Positions 13,020-26,691 of a stretch of 64,000 bases of DNA are shown here, piece by piece. This DNA is from Octopus vulgaris (Eukaryota). Location of the stretch: the NCBI GenBank assembly GCA_951406725.2, contig OX597820.1:126418001-126482000 (forward strand). The letters are read 5' to 3'. A program made the translations under genes and the position numbers. Under the pieces are notes generated by a model. That model saw only the letters and a list, made by a program, of their open reading frames with translations. It was not told the origin of the DNA and made no database searches. Each line of letters starts with the position of its first letter. The first letter of the stretch is position 1.

Positions 13020-13860
13020 TATATCATTATTCAGTTTTACTTCAAGATTTTTTTGCCAATAGAGAAAGAACCGGTTTCTAACTTAGATCCAAGGCTCCCT
13101 CATTGGAATTTCAACAGCATCAACAGAGTATTTTTGCTTATATGTATGTATGTGTGCTGTATTTGGAGTCAGTGCACGTACAGATTTGTATGTTTTGTTT
13201 TATTTATGTATTGTCATCCACATAGTTGTATATCTACATATGCAAAATGATAAACTTAAATGATAAACTTCTGGAAATTTTCACAGATTTTTACAGTTCT
13301 AGTGATAGCTTGGATCTGTAGTCTTCGAATCAGCTTTCTCCTCTCTGGTTTTGAGAAGCCTAATTTCTCAAGATTCGTACTTAGGCAATGCGTTATATAA
13401 CCTAGTGACCCAATAATTACGAGTATAAACCTGAACTTGTAATCCGGGTAGAGTAACTGTAGATCTCTCAATAGTTCAGCATAGGTATCTTCTTTTCCAT
13501 TGATCTTCAGCAATATCTTAACATCCGCTGGGCAGCTGATTTCCACAACTGTACACAGTGTCTCTTCACTATCCCAAATCACAATGTCAGGTCTTTTATG
13601 TTTTCATTTTATTAAGGTTTCCACAGGGACATTCCACCAGTACTCCTTCTTATTAGGGGTGGCTAGGGCTTCGAAGAGGCTGAGGGTTCTTATTTCTCTG
13701 GCTTCAGAGTTATCCTTCTGATGAATCTCATTATACAAGGTCTTTGCTACAACATCATATCTCATAGGTAGATAATACCGTGATGACATTTTCAGACAAG
13801 TGTTTATGATGTGGATAATATCTTTGGCGCTAACTCGACAAATTTTTATCTGATGAACAA
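13020..13860 (-). mobile_element. 3' fragment of an RLE-type non-LTR retrotransposon (R4/Dong-like)
   Basis: Translates to HIINTC..YLPMRYD (RHD-like), YWWNVP, KRPDIVIWD, VVEISCP and VIIGSLG, which is the restriction-like endonuclease domain, followed by a 3' UTR. Confidence 0.75.
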
Positions 13861-14080
13861 CACATCACAGCAAGAAATGCAAAAAAATGCTGCGTTGCCC
13901 TCATTCATTAATATCAAACAAAGAGAGAGGGTTGTTGAAATGAAATAAATCGAAAGTCAGACCAATGGTGGCGCCCCAGTATAGCGACAGACTCTGCTTG
14001 GAAAAAATAAAATTAAAAGCAAAGTACACTAACGTGCATGTGCGTGTATGCGCGCACTGTGTGTGTATGTGTGTGTGTGT

Positions 14081-14116
<36 letters not shown>

Positions 14117-14459
14117 TTTATTTTTACTTTTGAAATATTTTGACTGAGGAATATATAAGAAATTTTATCATACATAATCACGGGAAGTACGTGTATTAAA
14201 AGCATTCGAAATATCAACATTTGGTTCGTTATTATTATTATATATATTACACGACTGAAAGGCGTTACAATGTAGTCCACCTTTCGTTCGCTCACACGGT
14301 TAACGTAACAAGAGTTTCGGAGGGTCGTGTTTTACTGGATCCGAGTCAAAATATTCTGGTAAAGTGTACAGCAGAGCATCAAAGCACAACCTGCAGGTTG
14401 CATATATATAAACACACACACAAACACAAACACGCGCGCGCATATACATATATATATAT

Positions 14460-14850
14460 TCTTTTATTCTTTATTTGTTTCAGTCATTTAACTGCGGCCA
14501 TGCTGGAGTACCGCATTTAGTTGAGAAAATCGACCCCAGGACTTATTCTTTGTAAGCCTAGTACTTATTCTATCGGTCTCTTTTGCCGAACAGCTAAGTT
14601 ATGGGGACGTAAACATACCAGCATCGGCTGTCAAGCGATGTTGGGGGACAAACACGGATGCACAAACATGTACATACACATACAAACATATATATATACG
14701 ACGGGCTTCTTTCAGTCTCCGTCCACCAAATCCATTCACAAGGCTTTGGCCGGCCCGAGCTATAGTAGAAGACACTTTCCCAAGGTGCCACACAGTGGGA
14801 CTGAACCCGGCGCGATGAGGTTGGTAAGCAAGCTACTTCCACACAGCCAT
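14460..14850 (-). mobile_element. CORE-like tRNA-derived SINE (family B). Other copies at ~21690-22215, 31197-31650, 39290-39695, 45780-46192, 47600-47760, 54600-55022, 58243-58395, 59593-59948 and 60580-60998
   Basis: Shared GGCTGTGTGGTAAG...GGTTCAGTCCCAC...CCTTGGGCAAGTGTC...GACGGAAACTG body with an internal (TA/TG)n tract. Confidence 0.8.
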
Positions 14851-14867
14851 GCATATATGTATATATA

Positions 14868-15580
14868 TGGATTGTCTCTGCACAGGGGCCATCCGGACTC
14901 TCGCCTTCGCCGTGAACCGGAATTAATCTTCTCTTTTCCCTCCTTTGTACCACATGGGCTCAACTCTCCTCCGTTCTTCATCTGACTCCTCTCCTCTCCT
15001 CTCTTCTTCTCACACCTACTTCCTCTCTTCACTCCTTCCCACTTTCTCCCTTCATTGACACCCCCTCTATCCACCGCCACACCCCACACATCCCACTCCC
15101 ATATACCCCACAACATGACCCTAACCCACACCCTACCCGAAACCCACACGCTACCCTCATATCCTCACATTCCAACACCGCCACACCACACTACACACCA
15201 CCACACCACATCACACCACCCCCACATCCACACATCAAAGTCACCTGCCCTTATCCACACACACACACTCACATACACATGCATGCGCACCTTCGTTTTG
15301 GGATCACCAGTACTTTATTATATTCCCTTCTTCCTAGCTCTCCTATCTAACTACCTTTGTCCAACCAGTCATCATAATTGACTGCTAACACCAAAAGTAT
15401 TTTTTTATTCTCTCTCTCTCTGGTTTTTTTTTTTTTTGTTATTCTCCCTCTGTTTATTTCCTGATATTCCTTTCTGTTGAAGAGCGTAGGCTCGAAACAA
15501 AAGACTTTCTCTCCTTCTTGAGCATCAAACTAATACATATGCTTATTGTTCATACACCTGTCTTCTGTAAATTTCAACTA
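14868..15580 (+). mobile_element. Penelope-like element 3' fragment; related tails at ~20690-20888 (+) and ~25775-25955 (-)
   Basis: RLRREPELIFSFPSFVPHGLNS resembles the end of a PLE GIY-YIG domain. The 3' region carries TTGAAGAGCGTAGGCTCGAAAC, a hammerhead-like motif. Confidence 0.55.
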
Positions 15581-15912
15581 TATATATATGTGTGTGTGTG
15601 TGTGTGGGTATATATATATATATATATACGTGTGGGGGTGCGTGTGTGTGTATAGTCATTTTTCCCTTCAACTAGTTTCAATCATTAGACTGTGGCCATA
15701 CAGGGCCACCGCCATGAATACTTTTAGCCGAATGAATGTTTTAAGCATGGTCCTTTGTTTCAAGCATGGTGCTTATTCTATCAGTCTCTTTGTCTCTTCT
15801 GCCGAACCACTAAGTTACGGGGACGTAAGCACACTAACACCGGTTGTCATACAGTGTAGGGGTACAAACACAGACACAAACACGCACATACACACGCACA
15901 AACATATATATA

Positions 15913-16222
15913 TAAACTGGCACTCCGTCGCTTACGACGATGGGGATTCCAGTTGATCCGATCAATGGAACAGCTCGCTGGTGAGATTAACGTACAAATT
16001 GCTGAGCACTCCACAGACACGCGTACCCCTACACATAATTTTCAGGGAGATTCAGCATGACACAGAGTGTGACAAGGCTGGCGCCTTGAAGGACAGATAC
16101 TACATATTTTTACCAGCTGCGTGGACTGGAGCACTGTGAAATAAAGTGTCTTGCTCAAAGACACAACGCGCCGCCGAGAATCGAATTCGCGACCCTACGA
16201 TTGCGAGCCAAATACCCTAACC
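15913..16222 (-). mobile_element. tRNA-derived SINE (family C). Other copies at ~31845-32135, 49990-50343, 53300-53545 and 61098-61320
   Basis: GAAGGCGCGTGGCTTAGTGGTTAGGGT head and GTCTTGAGCAAGACACTTTATTTCAC...CCAGTCCACTCAGCTGG body recur in the window. Confidence 0.75.
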
Positions 16223-16242
16223 ACTAAGCCACGCGCCTTCAT

Positions 16243-16342
<100 letters not shown>

Positions 16343-17285
16343 GGTGAGCTGGCAAAAACGTTAGCACGCCGGGCGAAATGCTTAGCAGTATTTCGTCTGT
16401 CTTTATGTTCTGAGATCAAATTCCGCCGAATCCTTTTGAGGTCAATAAATTAAGTACCAGTTGCGTACTGGGGGCGATCTAATCGACTGGCCCCCTCCCC
16501 AAAAATTTCGGACCTTGTGCCTAGAGTAGAAAAGAATAGATATATATATATATATGACGGGCTTCTTTCAGTTCCACTCAACAAAATCCTTTCAAGGGGC
16601 TTTGCTTGGCCCGAGGTTACTGCAGAAGACAGTTACCCAAGGTACCAACGCGGTGGGACTGAACCCTGAACCATATGGTTGAGAAGGAAACTTCTTACCA
16701 CATAGCCATATACCGATTTAATTGTTCAAATGCAGTAATTTCAGTCTATATAAAGGGTATCATTAAGTAGAAATACTTCCATTAAAAAATTGCTCTCCAT
16801 ATTACATACAGCAACATGAAGGAAGAGGGAATGGTAAGATCATGTAATAAAGGGCCCAGAAAGTAACTACTCAAATTCCTGACAACGTTGTAGACCATCG
16901 AAGCGGAAAACCTCCAGACACGTCTTGGAGGTTATCTATCTTAACATACAGCAAGCAGAGTGTGTAGTAACCAGGTTATCGTGCAAGTTGGGGAGAGAGG
17001 GAACAAGAGTTTGAACATTTAATGTGCGCACGTGGGTATGTGTGTGTTCGTGCGTGCGTGCGTGCGTGTGTGAGTGTATGTGGTATATGAGTATGTATAC
17101 ATACAAATAGATAGTTAGATACACATACAAAGAGACAGACAGACAGGCAGGCAGACAAGCGGTCAGACGGACGGTCGGTCAGATGAATAGACAGAAAGAC
17201 AAACAGACATCTATCTATCTATCTATCTATCTATATATCTATCTATCTATCTTATCTAGACAGACAGACAGATAGACAGATAGGC

Positions 17286-17358
<73 letters not shown>

Positions 17359-17705
17359 CCACAAACACTCTCACACACGCACACACACACACATGTACTG
17401 TCCAAGGAGCAATGTACTCTACCAACTTAGATATCAAAGGAGTTGATCTTCGTCTAAACCCACAGAAACATAAACCAACTATATTACGTCGACTAGAACT
17501 ATTTAAAGTTAGACAAACTGCTCACGAAGCTAACTTACCTAACAACACCTAACAAAACAACAGAGAGGGGCAGCAGCCTTAAAATTTCACCCCTATGAAT
17601 CATAAGCCTTAAAAGAAAAGATTATACTACTAGTAAAGGCAGTTTTCCAGCAATGCTGTTATACAGACCTGAATTTAGTTGGTGGGTAGCACAAGATACA
17701 CATTA

Positions 17706-19822
17706 CACTGGCCTACAAGGTTTTCGGTGTTTAGGAAATAGACAGCAATCCTATAGAAAATCGGTCTCCTGAATCCAAATATAATCTTGTTTTTGACCTA
17801 TCAGATCTAGTTTTTAAGTTATTGACCATCCTTACAGTTACTATTTATGTGTGTACGTCCAGTACGCAGTGTTCGTTAACTTATTCTAATTCTAAGTTTA
17901 TTTTTCCTTTTTCCATACTTTTTAGATGTTGTGGTGAACTAAGCAATAGAAAATGAGCAAGATGTCCTCTTCAAGAAAGTGTTGCGTTAATTCTCCAAAT
18001 GTGTTTTATTATATTTGTGGAGAATACACATTACCTGAAAATCGAAAAAATATCACTGATTTTGTTGAAAGAGCGTATATGACATATTTTGGGGTCAAAC
18101 TGGAAGACCCAGATAAATATTGGGCACCACATAGAGTCTGCGAACAATGTACAGAACATTTGCGACAATGGACTAAAGGGACAAGGAAAAGTATGGGGTT
18201 TTATACAGCAATGATATGGCGGGAGCCCTATAATCACGTGGACGTCTGCTATTTTTGTAACCTAAATTTGAAGGGTATTAACCGGAAAAATCGACAAACA
18301 TTTGTCTACCCTAATCTGCTATTAAACCGGTTCCACACAGTGAAGAGCTTCTTGTTCCTGTCTTCAATGTTTTGCCTCAGATAACTTTTCCCTCAACCAA
18401 AGAAGATTCATCTCCCGAAGAAGACACTAGAGATCAAGACTTTTCAGTTGAGATTTTACTTCAGCTATTCTCCCAGGTAGATTTGAATGATCTAGTTCGT
18501 GACTTGAAGCTCCCAAAAGATTCTGCAGAATTGTTGGCTTCCCAACTGATAGAGAAGAAACTTCTAGAGAATGGTGTCCGTATAAGCTGCTATCGGGACG
18601 GCATGAAGAGTTCCTTTCTTTCTTCGCAAAAGAGGAAGCGCTGGTTTACTGCAGAGATGTCAGTGGGCTTCTTAATAAACTTGACATTGAGGAATACAAA
18701 CCAGAGGAATGGCGTATTTTCATAGACAGCTCTAAGCGTAGTTTAAAATGTGTATTGTTGCACAACGGAAATGTATGTGGCTCTGTCCCATTCGACCACT
18801 CAACAACTCTGAAGGAAAAATATGAAAAAATTAAGTTGATTTTAGAGAACATACTCTATCATGGTCATAAATGGGTCATCTGCGTTGATTTAAGGATCGT
18901 GAATTTTCTCATGGAACAGCAATCTGGTGATACCAAATACCCCTGTTTTCTTTGCAGGTGAGAAAGTAGAGACCAAGAAGACCTCTATGTTAAGAAGGAC
19001 TGGCCGCCTTAATAGATATGGCTCCATGTAGAGCTGCCAATATATTGGAAGAACCTTTAGTTGAGCGAGAAAAGGTCATTTTCCCCGCTTTGCACATCAA
19101 ACTCGGATTGATCAAGCAATTCGTTAAGGTTCTTGACAAAAATGGGGAGTGCTTCAAGTATATCTGCAGTGTATTTCCAGAGTTGACGATTGAAAAACTT
19201 AAAGCAGGGATTTTTGATGGACCACATATCCGTAAGCTCTTGAAGGGCACAAATTTCGTGAAAACGATGAGCAAAAATGAAGCATCAGCTTGGCTAACCC
19301 TTTGCACAAATAGTGCAAAATTTTCTTGAGGAACAATTGGCGCGAATATGAGCATCAAAATGTATTATCTTATTAGTCATCTTTGTCTTTTCCCTGAAAT
19401 TTTCGGAGATGTTAGCGATGAACAAGGTGAACGATTCCATCAGGACATCAAGGATATAGAAACTCGGTAGCAAGGACGTTGAGACGCTGTGATGTTGGAA
19501 GACTATTGCTGGTGCTTAATATGAGATATTAGTTGCTCAACATTCACGGTGCTCAAAGAAGCGTAAATTTATTCCTTTTAGTTTCTGCCAAAAATCTTTG
19601 CCAATAAGCGTTTTCAATTTTCAATTTTTAATTGTACTTTATTTTCTGTTACGCTCTCTTTATTGATTCATATTATGTGCCTCTTGTATGAATAAAATAC
19701 TTACTCTATCAGATCTAGTCAGAAAACTAGACCTGTTAGAGAAAAACTGGAGTTATTTTTGAATTTAGCAGGCAAAATCACTCAGGAATTCGTTGAAATA
19801 TTCTAGGAATATCAAAACCGTT
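17706..19822 (+). mobile_element. Decayed Chapaev3-like (CMC superfamily) DNA transposon
   Basis: Fragmented transposase with FYYICGEY, WAPHRVC, WREPYNH..CYFC, WRIFIDSSKRSLKCVLLHNGN, KYPCFLC, LHIKLG, GIFDGP and SDEQGERFHQD. The left end is TTA|CACTG. Subterminal inverted match: CTATCAGATCTAGTTTT versus AAAACTAGACCTGTTAG. Confidence 0.8.
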
Positions 19823-20538
19823 CAAGGGACATAACTAAGATCTTTTATCTAAGGGAGACCACTCTTGATTTATACGTTTAATATTTTCAATGCCTCGTTA
19901 TTTCTACCGTAACGATATGTCACTCATGAGTCCCAAGCAAGTCTTTCTGCAACCAAACAATATTGCTAGAAATAGTAGCCATATATCCCTCGGATCATAT
20001 TTAGATAATGTTATCCTCGATTCAATATGTCTGAATCATTAAATAAAAGATGGGATGAGTCAATTACAATCTCGCTTTGAACAACAGCTACTTTGTGTAT
20101 GAAAAGAAAGATTGCATTCACATTCACACACACATACACCCATGCATACATATATACAACACAGGCATATAATGATGATCACACAGACACACATACATAT
20201 ATATGTATATATGTATGTATGTGTATGTGTGTGTATGACTATATATATATATATATAAATCTTTTGCCGTAATGAGATAAAAAAAAACAAGGCTGTGTAG
20301 ATATTAGAACATTTATAGATATATGTTCTAATATCGACACAGCCTTGGTTTTTTATCTCATTACGCAAAAGATTCTTATATACTCACGCTGACATGTGAC
20401 CAATTTTGAACCCCCTAATCGCAATATTACCGAATCTGGAACTTAACTATGGTCTGTCTATAGCACTTATTCAGCGTTACCTGACACCTTTGGGTCTCAA
20501 TGACACCATTATCTCTTATAACCTCAATTTCTCGCTAT

Positions 20539-20590
<52 letters not shown>

Positions 20591-20889
20591 TGTGTGTGTG
20601 TGCGTGCGTGCGTGCATGCATGTATGTATGTATGTATGTATGTATGTATGTATGTATGTATGTATGTATATGTATATACATACATATGATTGACTGTTAA
20701 CTCCAAAGGTATTTTTATTCTCTCTCTCTCTCTCTCTCTCTTTATTTCCTCGTGTTCCTTTCTGTTGAAGGATGAAGACTCCAAACGTAAAAGACTTTCT
20801 CACCTTCCCGAGCGTCGAACTAATACACCTGTTTGATATTTATACAACTTTCATCATATTTTGTTTTTTTTTTTTTGCAAATTTCAACT

Positions 20890-20950
<61 letters not shown>

Positions 20951-21095
20951 AGAGTGACCACTATGTGGTCTACTCTAGCACTAAAAAATAGATCCGCAAG
21001 GTTTCAGCCACAAAAGAAATTGTTTCCGTTTCTTTTGTGGCTGAAACCTTGCGGATCTATTTTTAGTGCTAGAGTAGACCACATAGTGGTTACTC
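20951..21095. repeat. Near-perfect ~145-bp palindrome following (TA)n
   Basis: GAGTGACCACTATGTGG...CCACAAAAGAAA, a short loop, then TTTCTTTTGTGG...CCACATAGTGGTTACTC. Confidence 0.9.
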
Positions 21096-21210
21096 ACTTA
21101 TATTTATGTATAAAATGTGTCGTAGTCCGGGTTTTTTATGCACTAAGCCACTTGGTGGTAAATGGATGTGCTATTAAATTAGTACCCAATTTTCTCACCC
21201 TTATCGGTTG

Positions 21211-21254
<44 letters not shown>

Positions 21255-21658
21255 AGACAGACAGTCAGACAGACAGGGACAGAGAGGAGATACAATAGAA
21301 AATGGGCAAGCGAAGATTGGCGTTATTCGAGGATATTTACTTCATACTAAAGTACAAATAAAGTATAAAAGCAGAGTCTCTTCCATGCACAGACACATAT
21401 ATACGTGTATGTGCGTATATATATATATATATATATATATTATATTTATATGTATGTATGTATGTATATATATATATATGTATGTATATACATACATACA
21501 TACATACATACATTCATACATACATACATACATACATACATACATTCATACATACATACATTCATACATACATACATACATACATACATACATACATACA
21601 TACATACATACATTCATACATACATACACACACACACATACATACATACATACATACA

Positions 21659-21690
<32 letters not shown>

Positions 21691-21847
21691 GGCGCTGGAG
21701 TGGATGTGTGGTAAGTAGTTTTGCTGACCAACAACATTGTTCCGGGTTCAGTCCGGGTTCAGTGACCTCTACTATAGCCTCGGACCGACCAATGCCTTGT
21801 GTGTGGATTTGGCAGACAGAAACAGAAGGAAGCCTGTCGTGTATATA

Positions 21848-21897
<50 letters not shown>

Positions 21898-21928
21898 TGT
21901 GTGCGCGCGTGTGTGTCTGTGTGTGTGC

Positions 21929-21996
<68 letters not shown>

Positions 21997-22499
21997 ACAT
22001 ATGTGTGTATATGTTTGTGTGTCTGTGTTTGTCCCCAACATCTCTTGATAACCGACGGTGGTGTGTTAACGTCCCTGTAACTTAGCGGTTCGGCAAAAGA
22101 TAGCGGTAGAATAAGTACTAGACTTACAAAGAATAAGTCCTGGGGTCGATTTGCTCGACTAAAAGTGGTGCTCCAGCCTGGCCGAAAGCAAATGACTGAA
22201 ACAACTAAAAGAATAAAAAAGAAATAAATGAATATATACATATACATATATATGTATATATATTAATATATATATATATATGCACACACGCATACGTATG
22301 TATGTATATATATACATATATATAATGACCATATTGTTACAGTGCTCTGGTGCACTACAACTCGTTGGGAAAGTTTTAAAGAGGGGACAGAGATCAAGGG
22401 TGTCCGTCAAGATTAAAGAAGGACAACAAAGCAAGTTAGAACATGCACAGTAAGAAACAGAATTGCAAAAGTCTTATGCACGCATACATACCTGCATAC

Positions 22500-22846
22500 A
22501 TAATGATGGCTGCCCCCTCGTTATCGAGTATGGCCACTGCACGAAGCTTAACTGTTACTGGTGCTGTGATCGAACGTGACTTTTTAGCCCTGCTAAAGAT
22601 CTACAATGTCTTGTACAGAATTGGCAACTAAAACCTTTACTGGTAATAGCCGGCTGTAGTTGTAACTGGGCTTCATGTACCTTTGCATGTCGTTTAAGTC
22701 TTCCTGCCGAATTACACTCTCTTCCACATGCCCGACAGATATGATTAGTATGGTGTCTAACACCACCACCAGTGGCCAGGTTGTCACTCATCTGTCTCGC
22801 TTTATGACTACGAAGATGACTCTTGAGTCCAGCTTTACTGACGCAT
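22500..22846 (-). mobile_element. 3' end of an RTE-like LINE with C2H2 zinc fingers
   Basis: SKAGLKSHLRSH, CRACGRECNSAGRLKRHAKVH and CQFCTRHCRSLAGLKSHVRSQH, followed by a short 3' UTR and a (TATG)n tract. Confidence 0.6.
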
Positions 22847-23239
22847 ACATACACACACACATACATACATACACACACACATACATACATACATACATAC
22901 ATACATACATACATACATACATACATACATAAATACATGCATACATGCATACATACATACATGCATACACACATACATACATACATACATACATACGTTA
23001 AATCTTTCTACTGTAGGTACAAGGACTTCAATTTGTAGGGAGGATGCAAAGCTTTTACATCGACCCCAGTACTCAACTGGTACATATTTCATCGATCCTC
23101 GAGGAGACGAAAGCTAATGTCGACCTCAGCGGAATTTGAACTCAGAACGTAATGACGGACGAAGTACTGCGAAGCATATGTTCCGGCATACAAACGATTC
23201 AGCCGGCTCGCCGCTTTATACATACATATAATTTAAGCA

Positions 23240-24365
23240 TTCAGTTAAGTACCTGAGCCAATATATTTGGCTTGCGTGTATTGGACGGGCATTCAGTTTT
23301 CAAAAACGCAAGCCCTGGAAATGCAAGTTTGACGAGGCTGCTACATTTCTATCAATTCTTTGACATTGACCTCATTCGTTCATCGTCAAGGAATTGCTTA
23401 AGATGTCGCAACCTCAGCGCATGACCGCGCACCATCAGCCATGGGTAATGCTCAGTCCTATACTCAACGGTTGTAGATAACAAGTGGAGCGTCTGACCAG
23501 TAGAACGCGTCTTCCCCATAGAAAGCGGAAGAGCAGGTGTTCCAGTCCGGTCAGATGCGAACTGGGACAAAGTACGACGGTCAGGCGAAACTACATGACG
23601 GAGGCGATCTAAGCATTCGCCACCTCCGTCCAACCCTTCAAGAGTAGCTTTCTCTCGGCCTATTTCTAGGTGAGATTAACCACCCTACTCGCTATTTAGT
23701 CTCAGTTCTCCTCCTGGAGTTCTGCATCAAAACAGGCCTCGAACAATTTAACTGGTCCATCCGTCCAGTGTCCTTCGACACTGTTGGACAGCATGGACCT
23801 GCCTCTCCAGGTGCGACCACCTAAACTTGGTTTCTACTCCTGTCACCGCCTCGTGGTTCCTTAAAGTAGAGCCAATCACCTCGATGTGTTTGGTGTCCGA
23901 CACATTGATGGTGATGCCATCTGCGCATGCCGACACAGCTCTTTCACATCCCTTATCACACGAGATCCCACTAAACATCTCTGGTTTCTGCAGTAGTAGT
24001 TCAAGTGAGAAGTGGGTACAGAAGGGACGAGAGAGAATAAACTTGAAAGAATGAGTGAATGATACCGAATGGTTCCGATAGGTCACCTTTCGCCCAAACC
24101 GCTGAGCAAGTGTCGTTGTGCATAAACGGCGATCCAACCGCGGCAGACAGGATCTAAACCAACCGCCGTGCGGACAATCACTAAGTATTATTAGTTTACT
24201 CTATCGAAGTATATCTAAATATATCAGGACCCCACTCGTGCCAGATTTCTTGCCCACCTTTTATATGTTGTATGGTATGAGGCGGAAGTTGTCGTGGATA
24301 GATCCGGCGCATGTTTGGGAATCACTAATTACACCTCGAACCACTTTAGCCAAAATTTTGCTCCA
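23240..24365 (-). mobile_element. Old, heavily mutated Tx1 ORF2 fragment
   Basis: AVSACADGITINVS..HIEVIG.TL.N.EAV.G and PWLMVR.HALRLRHL align by eye with ORF 2392-3804. Confidence 0.8.
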
Positions 24366-24701
24366 AACCAAACCCATGCAGATGTAACGCCACACGCCTA
24401 CTAAACGGTCAGTATAATAAGTTCAATACAAAGGTCATCGAGTATAAGGTAGAGATTGTATCGAAGGAACCTGGTGGGGCGGCGCATGTACGGAGATGCA
24501 TGGCTGCAACGGAAGGCTCTTTCACGTCCAGACTCAGCAATCACAAGTCCTTTGAAATCCAGCAGCGATGAAACGTCATCACATTGACAAAATAAATCTA
24601 GCTACAGAAAGAAAATGTAATACAATATAAGGAATGGGGGATCTTACTTCAATAACAATAGGTAGTGCAGACTCTGTTTGGCCATTCGGCCAGTAGCTTA
24701 C

Positions 24702-24779
24702 TTTAACTCTAAAGATGAGATGTTTTTTTCATTGTCCTGAAGATCGAGAATGTATTTTAGTGGAGTGGCTGATTCCACC
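24702..24779 (-). CDS. Weak candidate distal exon of the minus-strand gene
   Basis: ctgttag|G...TTAAA|gtaagc with open frame VESATPLKYILDLQDNEKNISSLEL; linkage to the upstream exons is not established. Confidence 0.25.
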
Positions 24780-25466
24780 CTAACAGTAAATGTTTACTCT
24801 TCCTGCTTAAGTAGTCCCCATCATAAACAAGAAATTTATTTCCCCCACACTCATACAAATACGCAACCACGCATGCCCTTCAAAAAAACTCTCCCATGCC
24901 TCTCTCTTTCTCCATCTCTTTATCTCCCCCCTCTCTCTCTCTCTCTCTCCACCATCATTATTTCTTTCTCTTTCCCCCAATCACATGTACAAAATTTGGA
25001 ATAAACATTTGCCACTTGATTGCTAACAAGCAGGACAATGATTAAATGGAACCAATCTAAGAGACATAACTTTGATTCGCTTAAAGACCAGCTATGTTTT
25101 TTCTTTTCTTTTTTTTTTTTTTTTTTTTACTGAATTATTTTTTCCTCTATGAGTTTCGTGCTCTAGACTTGATTTCAAGTTCTCAGCAGTAAAGAACAAG
25201 CTACACTCTTCCGGGCAGCCATGTTCGATGATTATTAACTTACCTTTCCATACTCGACAGGTCCATTTGGTAACATGAATTGGCTGTTATGTGAGTGAAG
25301 CTATAATATTGTATAAACAGCATACAATATCTTCCATAGCTGGGTGAACATTACGCAATATAGAGATAATTGTTTGGTGCAGACATTCAAAGATACAACC
25401 GAGATGGGTTCGAACACTTTCACCTTCTCGATTCACCAAGTTGCGTTTCGTACAAAATCTACTTAC

Positions 25467-25599
25467 CTCCGATGTTAAAGCCATCTAGGAAGTTTTCCTC
25501 CGGATGCTGAGAAACGTAGGGTACAGTGCAGCCAGCATTAATGTCAAGATAATCAGATATTGTAGCACGATTCATGCCCCGGATAAAGTTTTCTCTCAT
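25467..25599 (-). CDS. Candidate exon of the minus-strand gene
   Basis: aaatag|ATG...GGAG|gtaagt with open frame MRENFIRGMNRATISDYLDINAGCTVPYVSQHPEENFLDGFNIG. A second strong donor (AAG|gtaagt) lies at 25244. Confidence 0.4.
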
Positions 25600-26164
25600 C
25601 TATTTTGAAATAGTATAACAGAGGAAAGTTTATGTGAGATTAGATGAGAGAACCGAGCACATGCACACACAAGCAAACATACACACACAAACACACACAC
25701 ACACACACACGCACACACACATGTACTTAAATGTGTGTGTGAGATATATATACTTATACCCATGTATATAAATATATAACGGGAAGCTTTACGAAAATAA
25801 ACAAAAGACGAAGGCTGGTGGAGTACAAACAAACAATTGTATTAGTATGGCGCTCAGGAATAGAAATAAAATAAGTCTTTTACGTTTCGAGCCTACGCTC
25901 TTCAACAGAAAGATACACAGAAAAGAAACACGGAGAGAAACAAGGAGAGAAACAATTTCACTTCAGCGTGGATGTTCCATACGGAACTGTGTTACAACAT
26001 TTTAATCCCAGGAAAACATCCTTTCCAGCTGGTTAACGACACACAACTTGTGTCTGGCATATTGCGAGAAAGAGAGTGAACCACTCCCGAAAATGTAGAA
26101 CCACAGTTTCGTATGGAACAGCCACGTTGGAGTGGCAACAAATATTACGTTATGTGTGTGTATT

Positions 26165-26206
<42 letters not shown>

Positions 26207-26474
26207 CGTGTGTGTGTGCGTGCGCTGTGTGTGTGCACGTATACATACATATACATATAGGTTATGCATATTTGTTGCATGTAAACATGTAGATATGATA
26301 TACATGCATATATACATAAATGCGCACACGCACGCACATGCACGCACATATATGTATACATGCATGTGTATATATGAATGATGTATGCACGTGTATATAA
26401 ATGTTTTTGCGTGTTTTTGCATGCGTGTGTATTTGTTTTTATTCGGTACACTGAAATATACTTATACCCTTGAA

Positions 26475-26691
<217 letters not shown>

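Noticed and set aside
22555-22986. Apparent C2H2 zinc-finger gene exon
   Set aside because: It is bounded by microsatellites, has no splice signals and has a short LINE-like 3' end; an RTE-type ORF terminus explains it better.
24648-24708. Alternative exon VKVSYWPNGQTESALPIVIE joined to 24601
   Set aside because: It would need a 46-nt intron and conflicts with the 24702-24779 model; this cannot be resolved without RNA data.
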